Positions 26,807 through 39,443 of a DNA stretch of 64,000 bases are shown one piece after another (positions within the stretch are counted from its first letter, which is position 1; each line of letters begins with the position of its first letter). The notes under the pieces were generated by a model, which did no database searches, was not told the origin of the DNA, and saw nothing but the letters and a program-made list of their open reading frames with translations. The DNA lies in assembly GCA_943704425.1 (NCBI GenBank), contig CALSCP010002292.1, positions 24,345 through 88,344 on the forward strand, read 5' to 3'. The DNA is from Ministeria vibrans ATCC 50519. Its lineage: Eukaryota; Protista; Filasterea. The position numbers were made by a program, and so were the translations under genes.

Positions 26807-26915
26807 GGTGAATGTTGTGATAGTTGTTCGAATAAAAATGATTAATTAGTATTAACAAAATGATTGCATCTAAATTGCAATTGTGACGCTGACTCATCGC
26901 CTCAATCTATCCAGC

Positions 26916-27048
26916 GCGATCAGCCGTACACTCTACTGACTCTAGTGACTGTTTTCTAGTGGCAGTCGGCTCAACGTTCTACGCAGCGACAGTGTGTAGC
27001 TATGCGATCAGTGATATGATCGTATTTCCTTTTTTCTGGGCCGATCAC
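26916..27048. ncRNA. Possible structured element (multi-stem) in the UBA1/kinase intergenic region
   Basis: Complementary segments 26916-26925/27039-27048, 26947-26953/26961-26967 and 27002-27010/27017-27025, followed by a T-rich run. No family recognised. Confidence 0.2.
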
Positions 27049-27320
27049 AAAAGCCATATCGTAAATGTTGATTCAGGCTCTCTTTGCTGCATTAAGGTGA
27101 CAAGGTGTATTGGTAATTAGGTGGTATGCGTATCTTATTCTGATCCTCGATTCAGAGAACCTGAGTTTTTTTTTTTTTTTTTTTTCTCTTTTGGAATTTT
27201 GGTGACTCAATTTTTTCTTTTTATCATTTGTTTTGCCACTCTCTGCTGGTCCTTTAGAGGTGTGTCTGCCTGTGTCGGTTGTGTCTCGTGCGATACACGA
27301 GAGCACGGACAAGAGGCGTG

Positions 27321-29951
27321 ATGTCGAGCGCCGGAAGCGATGGAACGAGCGGGAGTGGTCCAAGTGAACTACAGGTCCCTAAGGATGCCAATGCCAAGCT
27401 GCGCAGCATGCGGCGCGTGTACTCGTTGAAGAAGAGCAACTTGGAGAAGTTGCGGCAGGCGTTTATCGAGAGCGGTGGCGACGAGAGCAGTGCGGCGACG
27501 GGTTTTCTTCGACGCGAAATTGACGACTTGACCAAACAGTTGAGTACGCTTGTGGCCGAAGTAGAGGCCCTCGAGGACGACTTGGCGCGCAAGCAGCAGG
27601 AGCAGTTGGCACAGCAACATGCTCACATGTCGCAGATGTCGTCGTCGTCGCCAGGCTCGCCTGCATCGCCCGGCCAAAAACGTCCGCAGTATGGACATCG
27701 CTACCAGGCGAAGCTCTTTCTCAACCTGGGCACTTCCTGTGGCTACTGCCACAAGCGTGTCTTCCAGGGGATGCGGTGCGATTTGTGTGATTATCGGTGC
27801 CACAAGGGCTGCGTTGCGCGCTCCTCGGATGTGTGCAGCGCCGAGGCCGAGCAAGTCTATCGACGGCTGCTCGCCCTCTCCTGTCCCACCACACCCATCG
27901 CTATCAATGCGCTCTCTGGAAAAGACCGCCAGCAGCAGCAACAACAACAGCTAGCCATGCAAAGACACGAAGCACGGTCCGATGGCGACTCGGAAGGCGG
28001 CTCGCGCCCCAGCTCGGTCGCCACCGTGGTGTCCTCCCCCTCTAACACACCGACGTCTGCCACGCTGCCCGTCCTCGCCTCATCCACATCCCACCAACAA
28101 CAATCGCATCACCACCAGCATCACCACGGCGCATCTCCAACGCCCAAAATACGCACGTTGGGTGGCGGCAACGCCAGCGGCAACTTGAGCTTGGGCAGCC
28201 CTAATGGCAGTCAGGCGGGGTCGGGCACGGGTGTCTTTGACTCGGTCTCCCTGAGCAGCACTAGCACTGGTGCAAGTCGTCCGCCAGGCACCCCCGACAG
28301 TCTTCAACCGCCTCAGATGGTGATTCATTCGTCAGCTGATCCTGCCGATCGACGGCCTTCCGACGTGGACACACTTGACTCGACGAGTCTGCGCAGTTTC
28401 ATCAGTGCGACGAGTCGCATGAGTGGACAGAGCTCGACGAGTGCACGCACGGGAGGCGACACAGCGAGTGCGGTGGGGACGTTGTCGCTCAACGGACTTA
28501 CCATGATGGGTGACAGCCTGTCGGATGCGGGCTCGGACGACGAAGAAGGCCCGCGAGTGCCGCGCAACAGTAAAGAGTGGGAGATTCCCTTTGGCGATCT
28601 TGATCTGGGTGAGCGCATTGGGGCAGGGGCCTTCGGGACGGGTACGTTCAAGGAAAAGGGGAGAGCGAATACTGATGCTACAAATGGGTATTGTGTAGTG
28701 TACAAAGCGAAGTGGCACGGTGATGTGGCGGTGAAGATTCTCAAGGTTCAAAATGCATCCGAGTCGTGTCTGCAGGATTTCAGACGGGAAATTGCTGTTT
28801 TAAGGTATAAGGCTGTACATAGTATGTTGTGTATGGTGTGCATGTATTTATGTCTTTTTGGTGTGTGTCGTTGTGGTGTGTGTGATTGGCGCTGATATTT
28901 GTGAAACGCAGGAAAACACGGCATCAGAACATTGTACTGTTTATGGGGGCATCGACGGCACTGCCGCACCTTGCGATTGTGACGCAGTGGTGCGAGGGAC
29001 GCACGCTGTACCGCCATTTGCATGTCGAGGAGGCGTCCTACACTATGATCCAGATTGTCGGCATTGCCTTTGAGATTGCCCAGGGAATGGAGTACGCTCT
29101 CACTGCCATATGTACGTGTTGTTCATTGCGGTGTTTGTATGTGTGTGTAGGTATTTGCATGCCAAGAACATTCTCCATCGCGACCTAAAGTCCAACAGTA
29201 CGTACTCATCACATAGACACACAGGCACACTCACACTATTTGTTGTAGACGTATTTCTCAACAGCAATCTACAAGTGAACATCGGAGATTTTGGGCTGAG
29301 CACCGTGAAACAGCTGTGGGACGAGAGCAGCGCGGAGAGTGCACGCGTGTGTACTCCCGCTGGGTCGGTGCTGTGGATGGCGCCCGAGGTCATTCGCATG
29401 CCATCCACTCCCAACACTCCTGCCAGCGACGTTTACTCGTTCGGCATTGTCCTCTACGAGATGCTCACTCGCCGCCTTCCATACTCTGATCGTGAACTTG
29501 CTCCAGACCAGGTTAGGGTCGAACAGAGAGCTTGTGTGTTGTGTAGTAACGCGTTAGTCTCCCTCTTCTTCTCTCCTTTTCTTTTCTGTATAGGTTATGT
29601 TTATGGTGGGAATGGGTCTGCTCAAGCCCGACCCATTGCTTGTGCTCAAGGGCAGTCCCCCAATGCTCGTCGTATGAACACACATGGACCATAATGAGGG
29701 AGACAACTGACCGTATGTATGTGTGGTTGTTGGTGTAGGAGCTAATGGAACACTGCTACTCACCCATTGCCGACTCGCGTCCTTCCTTCCGGCACGTTCT
29801 TAAGCTCGTTGAGAAGATTGAGAAAGCGCTAGTGCGCCTCAAGCGCGCCGAGTCGTCTCCTGGCTTCCAGAACAAGCAGCGCAAGCTACAGGCGATGGCG
29901 CGCAGTGTGGGCGTTTCAAGTGCAAGCTCAATCTCCCCTCTCACGCCCTAA
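27321..29951 (+). CDS. KSR/RAF-family MAP3K: N-terminal coiled coil, C1 domain, Ser-rich linker, kinase
   Basis: C1 domain is [23 protein letters not shown]. Kinase motifs are [54 protein letters not shown] and [13 protein letters not shown]. Tail is KRAESSP. Confidence 0.9.
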
Positions 29952-30004
29952 ATCGCACTACTATCCCTCTAATCTTTTTATCAACCTCTTTTTGCCTGCT
30001 TTCA

Positions 30005-30189
30005 ATCACTTTGTTTTTGTTCTCCTCTCTCTCTATCACTTTGTTTCTCTCTCTATCACTTTGTTTCCCTCTCTATCACTTTGTTTCCCTCTCTATCACT
30101 TTGTTTCCTATCACTTTGTTTCTCTCTCTATCACTTTGTTTCTCTCTCTATCACTTTGTTTCTCTCTCTATCACTTTGTCTCTTTCTCC

Positions 30190-30279
<90 letters not shown>

Positions 30280-30280
30280 G
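30005..30280. repeat. Array of CTCTATCACTTTGTTTC units followed by (CT)n
   Basis: About 8 tandem copies directly visible downstream of the kinase stop. Confidence 0.95.
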
Positions 30281-30536
30281 CTAGATATTCTATTTCCATT
30301 CTCTTGTTGTTTTATCCCCACCCAAATATGTACAGAAAGTATTAATAATTTAATATTAATATTATGATCAATACAAAAGTCAAACTGTGTCTCTCTGTCT
30401 TTGTCTTCCGATTTAAACCGTCACTTCCTCTTCTCCGTTGCATTCGTTCAAGCCAAAAGAATTTGCTTTTGTCATCATTTGTTGTTGTGTCATAGAAAGG
30501 ACGGAGTACTGAGCCAGACGGAATTAAAATTGTACA

Positions 30537-31564
30537 TTATGATGAAGAAGATTTTACAAAGGCGGCTTTGGCAGTGCGGTACGCTTCTGCTTGTCGCTCC
30601 AGTGACGCACGCAACGCCGCAATGTCGAGCACAAGATCCAACCCTAACAAAAGAGCGATTGAGATCGAGAGAGAGAGAGAGAGGTGAGGAGATAGAAACA
30701 AAGTGATAGATAGAGGGGAGGAGATAGAAACAAAGTGATAGATAGAGAGGAGGAGATAGAAACAAAGTGATAGATAGAGGGGAGGAGATAGAAACAAAGT
30801 GATAGAGAGAGGCATAGAAATGCGCGATATGAGGCACCTTTGGAGTACGCTTGCTGTGATTGCCGCAATGACAGGGGTGGAAGCATGGCAAACCAGCGCA
30901 GTGGGTCTGTGACTTTCTTTTTGCCCTTCTGCTTCACTTGGTCGGGCTCCTTGTCCTCTCGCTCCTTCTTGTTGCTACTTGACGTGCCCTTTTCCTTTGA
31001 CGTGTCCTTTTCCTTCGACGTGGGCGATGCGCCTACACCTGTACTGTCTCCCTTTCTGCGCTGGCGCACGCCTGACGGCGTCGGCGACGACGAGGGCTCG
31101 GGCGCAGGCGTGCCGGGCCCCTCCTCGTCCGCCACGACGGCCTCCCTGGTCGCACGCGTCCATCGATGCGACTCTTCGTCGACAGTCGCCACCGACGTGG
31201 CATTCATCGAGGCTGGGAACTGCAGTGGAGTGATAGGGACGCCGCTGTAGCGTGCCTGCGCCAGGAACAGATTGCCCTACGCAAAACCAAGAGTGTTACG
31301 CCATCGTCCCTTTCGGTCTCCTCTCGCTGTACTTGTCTCAGCGATTCGCTTAGCTGTGCGTTAAGAGTCTAATGTGCCAAAGGAGCATTCCACAGGAAGC
31401 GAGGAGGAGGAGGAGGAGGAGGAGGAGGAGGAGGAGGGTGCGAAGGCAAAGAGAGAGTGGATGAGGTGTCAGTGTGTTTGTCTGTCATCACACTTGCAAA
31501 CCTGAAGTTTTTCGTAGTCTTCCAGAAAGGACAAGGCCAACCCATCGAGATGTTCGTCGTTCAT
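30537..31564 (-). CDS. CCDC115: V-ATPase assembly factor CCDC115/Vma22-like
   Basis: Coiled-coil N-terminus, G.LFLAQARY, and the conserved DPLRWFAMLPPLSLRQSQQAY motif. Confidence 0.8.
30685..30812. repeat. ~32-nt intronic minisatellite GAGGAGATAGAAACAAAGTGATAGATAGAG x4
   Basis: Directly visible; contains the same core motif on the minus strand. Confidence 0.92.
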
Positions 31565-32188
31565 TGTACTCCAAGATATGAATAAGATTGAAATACCAAT
31601 TTATTCTTCAAATTCTTGATTCCACTTACTTTGATTCCATTCATGCTTGTAACATGAAGGAGGCACTTCCAGCTTACTATCACAACGCAAAAGAGAATCT
31701 AAACCGGGGCGCGTTGAGCGGCGCTGGATTCGGTACTGTCCGCTTCTCTTGATCCTCGCACGTCGCCACTCTGCTGACTTGCACGCCATAGGCATCATTG
31801 TAGCGCAGATTGGGATATGGGGGTTTAGGATTGAAGCGAGTCGCAGGGTCCCCATCTTCATCAGTACGTCTGTGAGTTCACTTTGTCTCTCGGTCTCTCT
31901 CTCTCTCTCTCTCGATCTCTCGCTCTCTCTTCCTCTCAAGCGAATGTCGTCTAGGCACCTCGCTGGGATGCGCGACAATTGGAGCCAGTCTCACTGCATA
32001 CATGATGTACAAGCGAGGCAGTGAGGCTGAGAGGCAAGCGGCACAACGCGATCAATAATAAAAAAACGTCTTTTTTTTTTCATTTTCATTTTCACACACA
32101 TTGAAAAACTAACTCTCACTCACTGTCTCTCTCACTCACTCTCTCTCGCCGTTATTACGTACAAGACAGACAAGAAAGGATGCAGTGA

Positions 32189-33260
32189 TCAGGCGGTCTT
32201 GTTGTCGTTGGGACAGGCGCGAGCAACGTGTCCGGTCTGGCCACACTTGAAGCAGGAGCGCACGTCAACGGGACTGGTACACTCGGCCGACTTGTGTCCG
32301 GCCATGCCGCACTTGTGGCAGCCAGTGGGACCCGATGCCATGCCGCCGTGACCGGTGCACTCGCGCGCCCAGTGACCCGGCTGGCCGCATCGGTAGCACT
32401 TGACTGTTTCCTTGCCACCGCCGGGGCCTTTGGGAGTGGGACAGTCGCGCGCCAGATGGCCAAACTACACACACACAAAAACAAAGGAAATGAGGGCATA
32501 TGTACACATAAGGGCTAGTGGTGTCGTACGCCTTGGCACTGGTAGCAGCGGGTGCTAGGGTCGCCGCCGCCGCCCTGGTGCTGCGGTGCATACGCACCCC
32601 ACGCCGCCTGGTACGCCGCAAAGTTGTACATGTCCATGGCCGCTGGTGGTGAAGGCAATCGTGTTGGGAGTAAGATGTTGCTTTTTCTTGTATGTTTCTC
32701 TTTTTTTTGAAAATGGGGTCTGAGTGTAAACATACCGCGTGCTGAGGCAGCGTAGGGGTCCTGGTGAGCGCCGTGCTGCGAGGTCATGGCGCCGCTTGCT
32801 GCGTGCTGCTGTGCCGCCAGCTGCGCCTGGAAGAACTCAGGCATGGTCGCAGCCGCAGCCAACACGGCAGCCGTAGGAGGCGCGCCTGCTCCCGGTGGCG
32901 GCATGGGTCCCGAACCAGGCTGCGTCGATGAGTAGCGCTCGTACGGTCGAGGCGCGCCGCGTCCACCACCACCATACCTAGAAGAAGTATATATATAAAC
33001 AATGAGTTGCCCACACGCAGTATCTACTCAAACACCAGAGCGAGCGTACCGCATTGGGCCGCCTTCGGGTCGAATGGCACGTCCACTACACAAGCCACAA
33101 ACACATACACATGCCATGAGCGCGCTTCACATGCGACGACACAAGGACGCTTACCGAGTGGGCACAGGGAAGGTAGGGCAATCGGGGCCATGATGGCCAT
33201 GTTCGCCACACACGTAGCACTTGTCGCGCGCAAGATTGGGGCAGTTGCGAGCCAAATGTC
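32189..33260 (-). CDS. Multi-CCHC zinc-knuckle nucleic-acid-binding protein (CNBP-like), 5'-partial
   Basis: Knuckles are GHLARNCP, CYVCGEHGHHGPDC, CYQCQ|FGHLARDC, CYRCGQPGHWAREC, CHKCGMAGHKSAEC and CFKCGQTGHVARAC. The first visible exon starts mid-knuckle. Stop at 32189. Confidence 0.82.
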
Positions 33261-33341
33261 CTGTGATGTGATGTGAGAGAGACTGAGTCAGAACCAGAAA
33301 GAAAAAAAAAAAAAAAAAAAAAAAAAAAAGCCATGTCGTAC

Positions 33342-34840
33342 CTGTTTAAAGAGAAGGGTCGCATTCTCGTAGCCGGACAAAATGGCAAGGCCACTGGCAG
33401 CGGCACAAGCCAGACGAAAATCTTCTTCGCCCGGGAACAAGAACCACATCTTGAGACGCTCGTGTGCACGCCCATTCTCCAACAGGTACGCATCTGCACC
33501 CGTCGGCGACATCAGCATGTTGGCCATACACTCAAAGGCTACATACATAAAAAATAATAAAAAAATTAAGACACAACTATCAGCTCGCATACACACGCAT
33601 CTACTACAGACACACACGCGTACCCGCCTGCTGAATGCGCGGGTGCTCGTCGAACATCATTGTCTCAATCGCATGAAATCCCTTCTGTCGCGTAATCTGC
33701 GTTCGCATTGCCTCGCTGAATCCCGCCAGATTCGTCAGAGCCATCAGTGCCTCAAACTACAACAACAAAGCGACAAAGTAATGAGCAAAAATTGTCGCTA
33801 GCATACACGCTGACCTGTTGCAGGTCGGTTGTAGTGGGTTCAAGCAGCCCAATGAGCGGTCGCACGAGATCAGCCGCCTTCTGAGCCCCATACAGCTGCG
33901 GATTGGTCGTGATGGCCAGTTTTGCCAGTGCCTGAGCCGCAGCAGCTTTGCCCTAACCATTTCAAACACAATCAGTCTCGCAGCGAGTCATATACGCAAT
34001 TATAGTGCCCCATGCATTACCTTGTCCGTTCCGTTGTTCGCAAGAAACATCAGTGTCTTCATGCCACCCTGCTGGACCACTCGGCCCCGCTGTTGCAAGT
34101 CGTTGCCCTTCACCAGCACAAGCATAATCCGCGACATCAGCTCAAGCAGCGCTAAGCCGAGCAGATAAGAAAGGAAACTATGAAAATTGAACGGTTCGTT
34201 CCTTACCAGCACTTTCGTCCGACTGAGTGAGCAAAAAGAGAGAGCCCACAAGACCCACATTAATGACACGTGCAATGCGCTCTTCAACAAAGTCCTCGTG
34301 ATCCAGTTCATGGTCTTCAGGCACGTGCTACAAAAAAAGAAAGGAAGGAAGAAAGAGGAGAAAGGAACAAAGTGATCGAGAGAGAGAGAGAGAAACAAAG
34401 TGATAGATAGAGAGAGAAACAAGGTGATAGAGAGAGAGAATAAAAAAGACGAAAAAAGTAAGAAAGTGAGAGGAAAAACGAAAAAGAAGCCGAACACAAT
34501 ATGTACCTCTTTGGCAAACTTGCGCAGTTTCTCCATATCTTCATTGCGTTCGGGCTTCTCCATGGCATTGGTGACATTATAAAAGCACTGCACAACCCCA
34601 TAGCGCACAGTGCGATCCTCCTCCTCCTTTGCCAGATCCATCAACACCTATGATCATAATATTATTATCATCATTAGTCACTAATTACATTTTCCATCAT
34701 TGATAAGTATTTGTGTAGATCTAACCTTCATTGCGAGAGTGTCCTGTGTTAGCACTTCCTTCACCTCGGGATCCATCGAGAGAAACGCCATAGCCTGCAG
34801 AAAGGAGATGAGTCAGCAGACACACACATGCACATGCAAA

Positions 34841-34888
<48 letters not shown>

Positions 34889-36978
34889 GTTTTGCTGTCT
34901 ACCTCCACTGCCCAGCGACGCAAATCAATATCCTTCTTGGAGTCAACTACAAACTTGCGCGCTGTGCGTCCCAGGTTGACCATGCTACCCTCGCCAAAGG
35001 TCGCACGCGAGGCAGCCGCATCGCCGGCCGTAGTGGCGCCAATTTTGCACAGGCCAACCATGGCGCGGACACGACAGCGGTCGTTAGTCGATTTAAACAA
35101 CGCCTTGAGAGGCATGAAGCCCAGCTGAAGAATCACTCCGGCGCGCTTCTTGTCACTCACGGCAAAGGCAAGTGCCTCGGCCGCGGCGATTTGCGTCTCT
35201 TCGTCGGGATGCGTTGCGAGCTGAATGAGCGACTCGGTCGTGCCCTGTTCGCTCAGAAGCCACTGACCAACCTCTTGCGACGCCTGCATGGTGGTGCTCA
35301 GGCCAAAGCAGCCCTCGAGAATCGCTCGCTCGTTCGTGCTGTTGATGCGGGTGCACACAAAGCGCGAGCACTCTCCCTGAAAGCGGTCCTCAAACTGACG
35401 ACGGACCTTGTCGTAGAGCTTGCGCAGCACCACGCTCGCATGGGTGCGCAACGAACCGTCAGTGTCGCCAATGGACGCGGCAATAAGCAGCGCGCGCACT
35501 CCACCTCGCTCAAGACAGGTGAAGGCATTGTCGCCCACGTCGAGCACACTCATCAGGCCGTTCATGGCCGATTTCTTCACCTTGAGATCAATGCCGGTCT
35601 GCGCCACCGCCGACACCAGTGTGTCCAGTGACGAGACGGCCGTCAGCGAAGTGGACATAACCGGGAAGGTGGACTGTGGCTTGAGTGCGTCGTCGTCGTC
35701 GTTGACAAACTCCTTGCGTACAAACGGCTTGGCCTTCTTCTCGCCATCCTCGCCCACCTCACCGTCGCTTTCTTCGTCGTCCTCGACCTTGCCATCTTCA
35801 TTGCTATTCACCACAACGGTCGCTGCAGCCGGACCCTTGCCCTTGGCTTTCCTCTTAGCCTCCGCCTCGGCCGCTGCCTTCTCCGCCGCCGCAGCCTTCT
35901 CCTGCGCCAATGCACGCTCACGCTCACGCTCCGCCTCCATGTCAAAGTCATCCGGTAACTCTGTAATGGTCGCCGGCTCAACACTCGACGTACCCACCGG
36001 TACGACCCGCTCTGCAGCCTCCGCCTCCGCCTCCATCTCGTTCTTCTTGTCGACTCCCTTCTGAACCGTCTCTTTCATCTTCTCAATGAGCTTCGCAGCC
36101 TTGGACGCCTCGTCCTTGCCGTCCTCCTTCTTCTTCTTGGGCGGCGGCGCTTTCTTCGCCTCGGGATTGTCAATAGGATTGGTCTTGATTGTCTGCGACA
36201 AAATCCCAATGGCACTCTGCGCAACCGGCACATTCGAGCTGCTCGTCAAGTGGTTCAGTCGGTGGATTCCAACCGTCTCCAGCACGGCACTCAAGTGTTT
36301 CTAGTGACCACACACAATTCGGCATTGTTTTAAAAAGAGACTTGTTAATATTATTGATTCGGTTCGATCTGAAATATCGACACACAATGCAATACACCCT
36401 CATAACTACACTAAATATATGTGTATATTTACCTTGTGTTGGGCAACATGGTAAAATACGCGACCCACCGCCGCCTTGAGGGAGTCCGAGGCAATCGAGT
36501 CGTCCTCGAGCAAGGGCAAAATCTTGTCGAGCACACCGTAGCGCACAACTTCGCCGGCCTGCGACTCTTCACGAGCCAGTACCATCAAATTGTTGGCGGC
36601 CGTCACCAGCTGCTCGGCATACGTGTCGTCGTCGACGGGTCGCTCGGGCTTGACGCCACCAATGTAGTCTTCGAGAATGCGCAACATGCTTTTGACACGG
36701 TTCTCGACACTCTGACCTTCCGCCGAAAGTTTCGCATTCGCCTGCGCCAACCGCCGTGCCGACGCAATAGCATCCTTGTTGTTCGGATCGTAGCGCAACA
36801 CACTGCGAATGTCAAGAAACGCATCTGCAATGCGACCGCTCTTCTCCAATGCAACGCCGCGTCTACGCACGAGAAAAACGCATCGTCAACTAAGACCCGT
36901 CTCCTGAGACACGTACCTGTACAGAGCTTTCACATCGGCGGGCGTGAGTTCCAGACAGCGTGTGCACGACGCGATCAC
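33342..36978 (-). CDS. UNC45: UNC-45 myosin chaperone, exons 2 onward (TPR remainder, central and UCS domains); extreme C-terminus missing
   Basis: VKALYRR, AANNLMVLAREE, RVRAMVGLCKIG, LRRWAVE, KLRKFAK|HVP, RGRVVQQGG and AAASGLAILS. Confidence 0.9.
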
Positions 36979-37068
36979 CTGAACGAGTCGGTGTGGAGTC
37001 GAGGATGTGAGGGTGAGTGATGAGTAAAAATACAGTCTCGTCCCTTTCTCGCTCGTATTCCCAACACA

Positions 37069-37125
<57 letters not shown>

Positions 37126-37303
37126 AGGGAGAGAGAGAGAGAAAGCGATCATAGCGCGCGACACACATCAGACCCATAGGAACAGTGCAATGGCCGTGCA
37201 GATGCAGTCGAATCGGAGTGAAACGACAACGACATGTTTCACCAAAAAAAAAAAAAAAAAAAAAAGATGAGTCGATGACAGACCGAATTGTCTCTTTCGT
37301 CAC

Positions 37304-37729
37304 CTCTGCGATTTCGCCACGCGCGGCTGCTAAAAGACGCAATGACTCAAGAGAGAGTTCGCTTCGGCGTCGGGCGGCAGGGCGCGGAGGCGTGGCAGAA
37401 GCGAGCTCGGGAATGTACAGTCCGGTGGTGGAGAGAAGCGGAGACGAGTCACGCCGCTTGAGGATGGAGCGGACGGGCAGGCGCGAGGGCGAGGGAGGAC
37501 ACCGTCTACAGGATGAGAGTGCGCACCGGTTAGAGTGGCGTCGAGCGACGTAGCTGCACATATTTCGTAATGATCGCGCGAGTCGAAAAGAATTAGGTTG
37601 AGCGATGACAGTGAAAACGCAGAGCGTCTCACATGACCACCGCCGAGCGTCGCGTGCGCCGTACCTTCCAACACCCTCTTGTCTCTCGTCCGTCTGGCTG
37701 TCGGTCGCAACGAAATGGAGTTTACGCAT
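37304..37729 (-). CDS. N-terminal exons of a hypothetical protein with SILK and RVxF-like motifs
   Basis: ATG at 37729 next to an AT-rich spacer. Translation is MRKLHF..|..RSILKRRDSSP..; the continuation is lost at poly-T/(TG)n tracts. Confidence 0.35.
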
Positions 37730-37935
37730 TACAGTCACAGCCAGGAATGAACACAAAAAAATACTGATCGAAACGACTCGAATAAATTATTTTTCAAGGA
37801 TCAACTGTCAACTGGGACGAAAAAAAACGTATATTGGACAGCGTCACGCTGGGCGATCTGGAATCTCTGGACACCAACAAGTGGCTAATGGGCAGTAAGT
37901 ACGTGACACACATATGTCCGCATTTCATTCATAAA

Positions 37936-39359
37936 CTACAGAGAGGGTGGGAGTGCCATGTGGGCGCGGGCGGCTCGGCGACGGTAGCGCGAGACGCACT
38001 TGCGTCGACGCACACTCGACAGAACATTGCCTTTCGCATCGTGTGTGGGAATGCCCCACTCGTCAAATGTAGCATACCGACCAGTTTTCACGAATGAATT
38101 CTACAACCAAACAAAAGAAACAGCATCAGAGAGGGAAGAGAAGGGTGAGACAATAGACCAGGGCAAAACCGGCCATACTCGGACGTCTTGTTCACGCTCC
38201 TGTTGTGTCTTGCGCGCTACAACAGCCCTATGCTCGCCTGTACGGGTTCCTCCCGACTTCTCGTGTCCTACACTATCGCGAATTCGCATTCCCACCATCC
38301 GCAGCACATCTGATCGCAATCGATCACAATCCTCCAAATCTTCCTTTTGCCCCTCTCGCTACACACACACACACCACAAAGACACACACCACAAAGACAC
38401 ACACCACAAAGACACACACCACAAAGACACGCACCACAAAGACACGCACCACAAAGACACGCACACACACACACACACACAATTATATATACAACAATGC
38501 GTTTTAGTGTTATCTCCGTTGTGTTTGTGGGAGTACGTTTTTGAGTGCATCTGAACGGACAGTGGCGCGGAAGCTCTGAAATAGATGCAGCACATGATCC
38601 ATTTCACTGCTCGACGTCACAAGAGCGGCCAGTCCATTCTACGCAAATGCATCAGTTGAACAACGCACACGCGCGACACGCAACTGACCTCTTTTGGGCG
38701 GGTCATTTCAAGGCCAAAGAGACAGAGCATACGATCGACAAAGTGTGCAACAGAGCGCACCAAATGGACATGGACTGCACTCGGACCGACAGAGAGTGCT
38801 CCGCTGCGCTCATGGTCGCTCTCCTGGTCACTACTCTCGTTTTGACTGTGGTTGTTGCTCTTGCGCGCTAGGTACGCATTGGTCTTTTGTACCAAATCCA
38901 GAATGCGCTGTAGCGCGGTCGGCGTGTCAAAGTCATCGCGAAGCGCACAGTCAATCTCATTGCGTGTCCCAAATAACCTGCACCACAGAGGAAATTGGTC
39001 CGTTTTCGAACACATTCGAATGTTCCTTACGCCTTTTGCAGCGCCTCCTCCGCAATGGTCCACTGTACTTCCTGCGCATTCTCCAGTGTCTCCACTGTCG
39101 TGAAGAATCCTTTTAGTCGCTTCTCGGTCGCAAGTGCCTATCACAGCCACAAGAGGAGAAAACCAAAATTGAGAACAGCAGCGCTCTCGGTGAGTGTGCT
39201 TCTAACCTGCGTCATACTGGAGTCGGTCCATTCAGTGCGCGATCGGTATTTGGACTGAAGACAAAGCAAACGGAAGTGTTGTGCAGTGTATTGCCCCAGA
39301 AAGTCCTACACGTGTACACAATGATCCCCAGTTGCACACCTGCCACACACAAAATCTCT

Positions 39360-39443
<84 letters not shown>

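Noticed and set aside
30005-30180. Regularly spaced direct repeats suggestive of a CRISPR array
   Set aside because: No unique spacers, no cas genes, and the context is eukaryotic and intron-rich.
31601-32010. Possible small gene between CCDC115 and the zinc-knuckle gene
   Set aside because: No recognisable motif or convincing exon structure in any frame.
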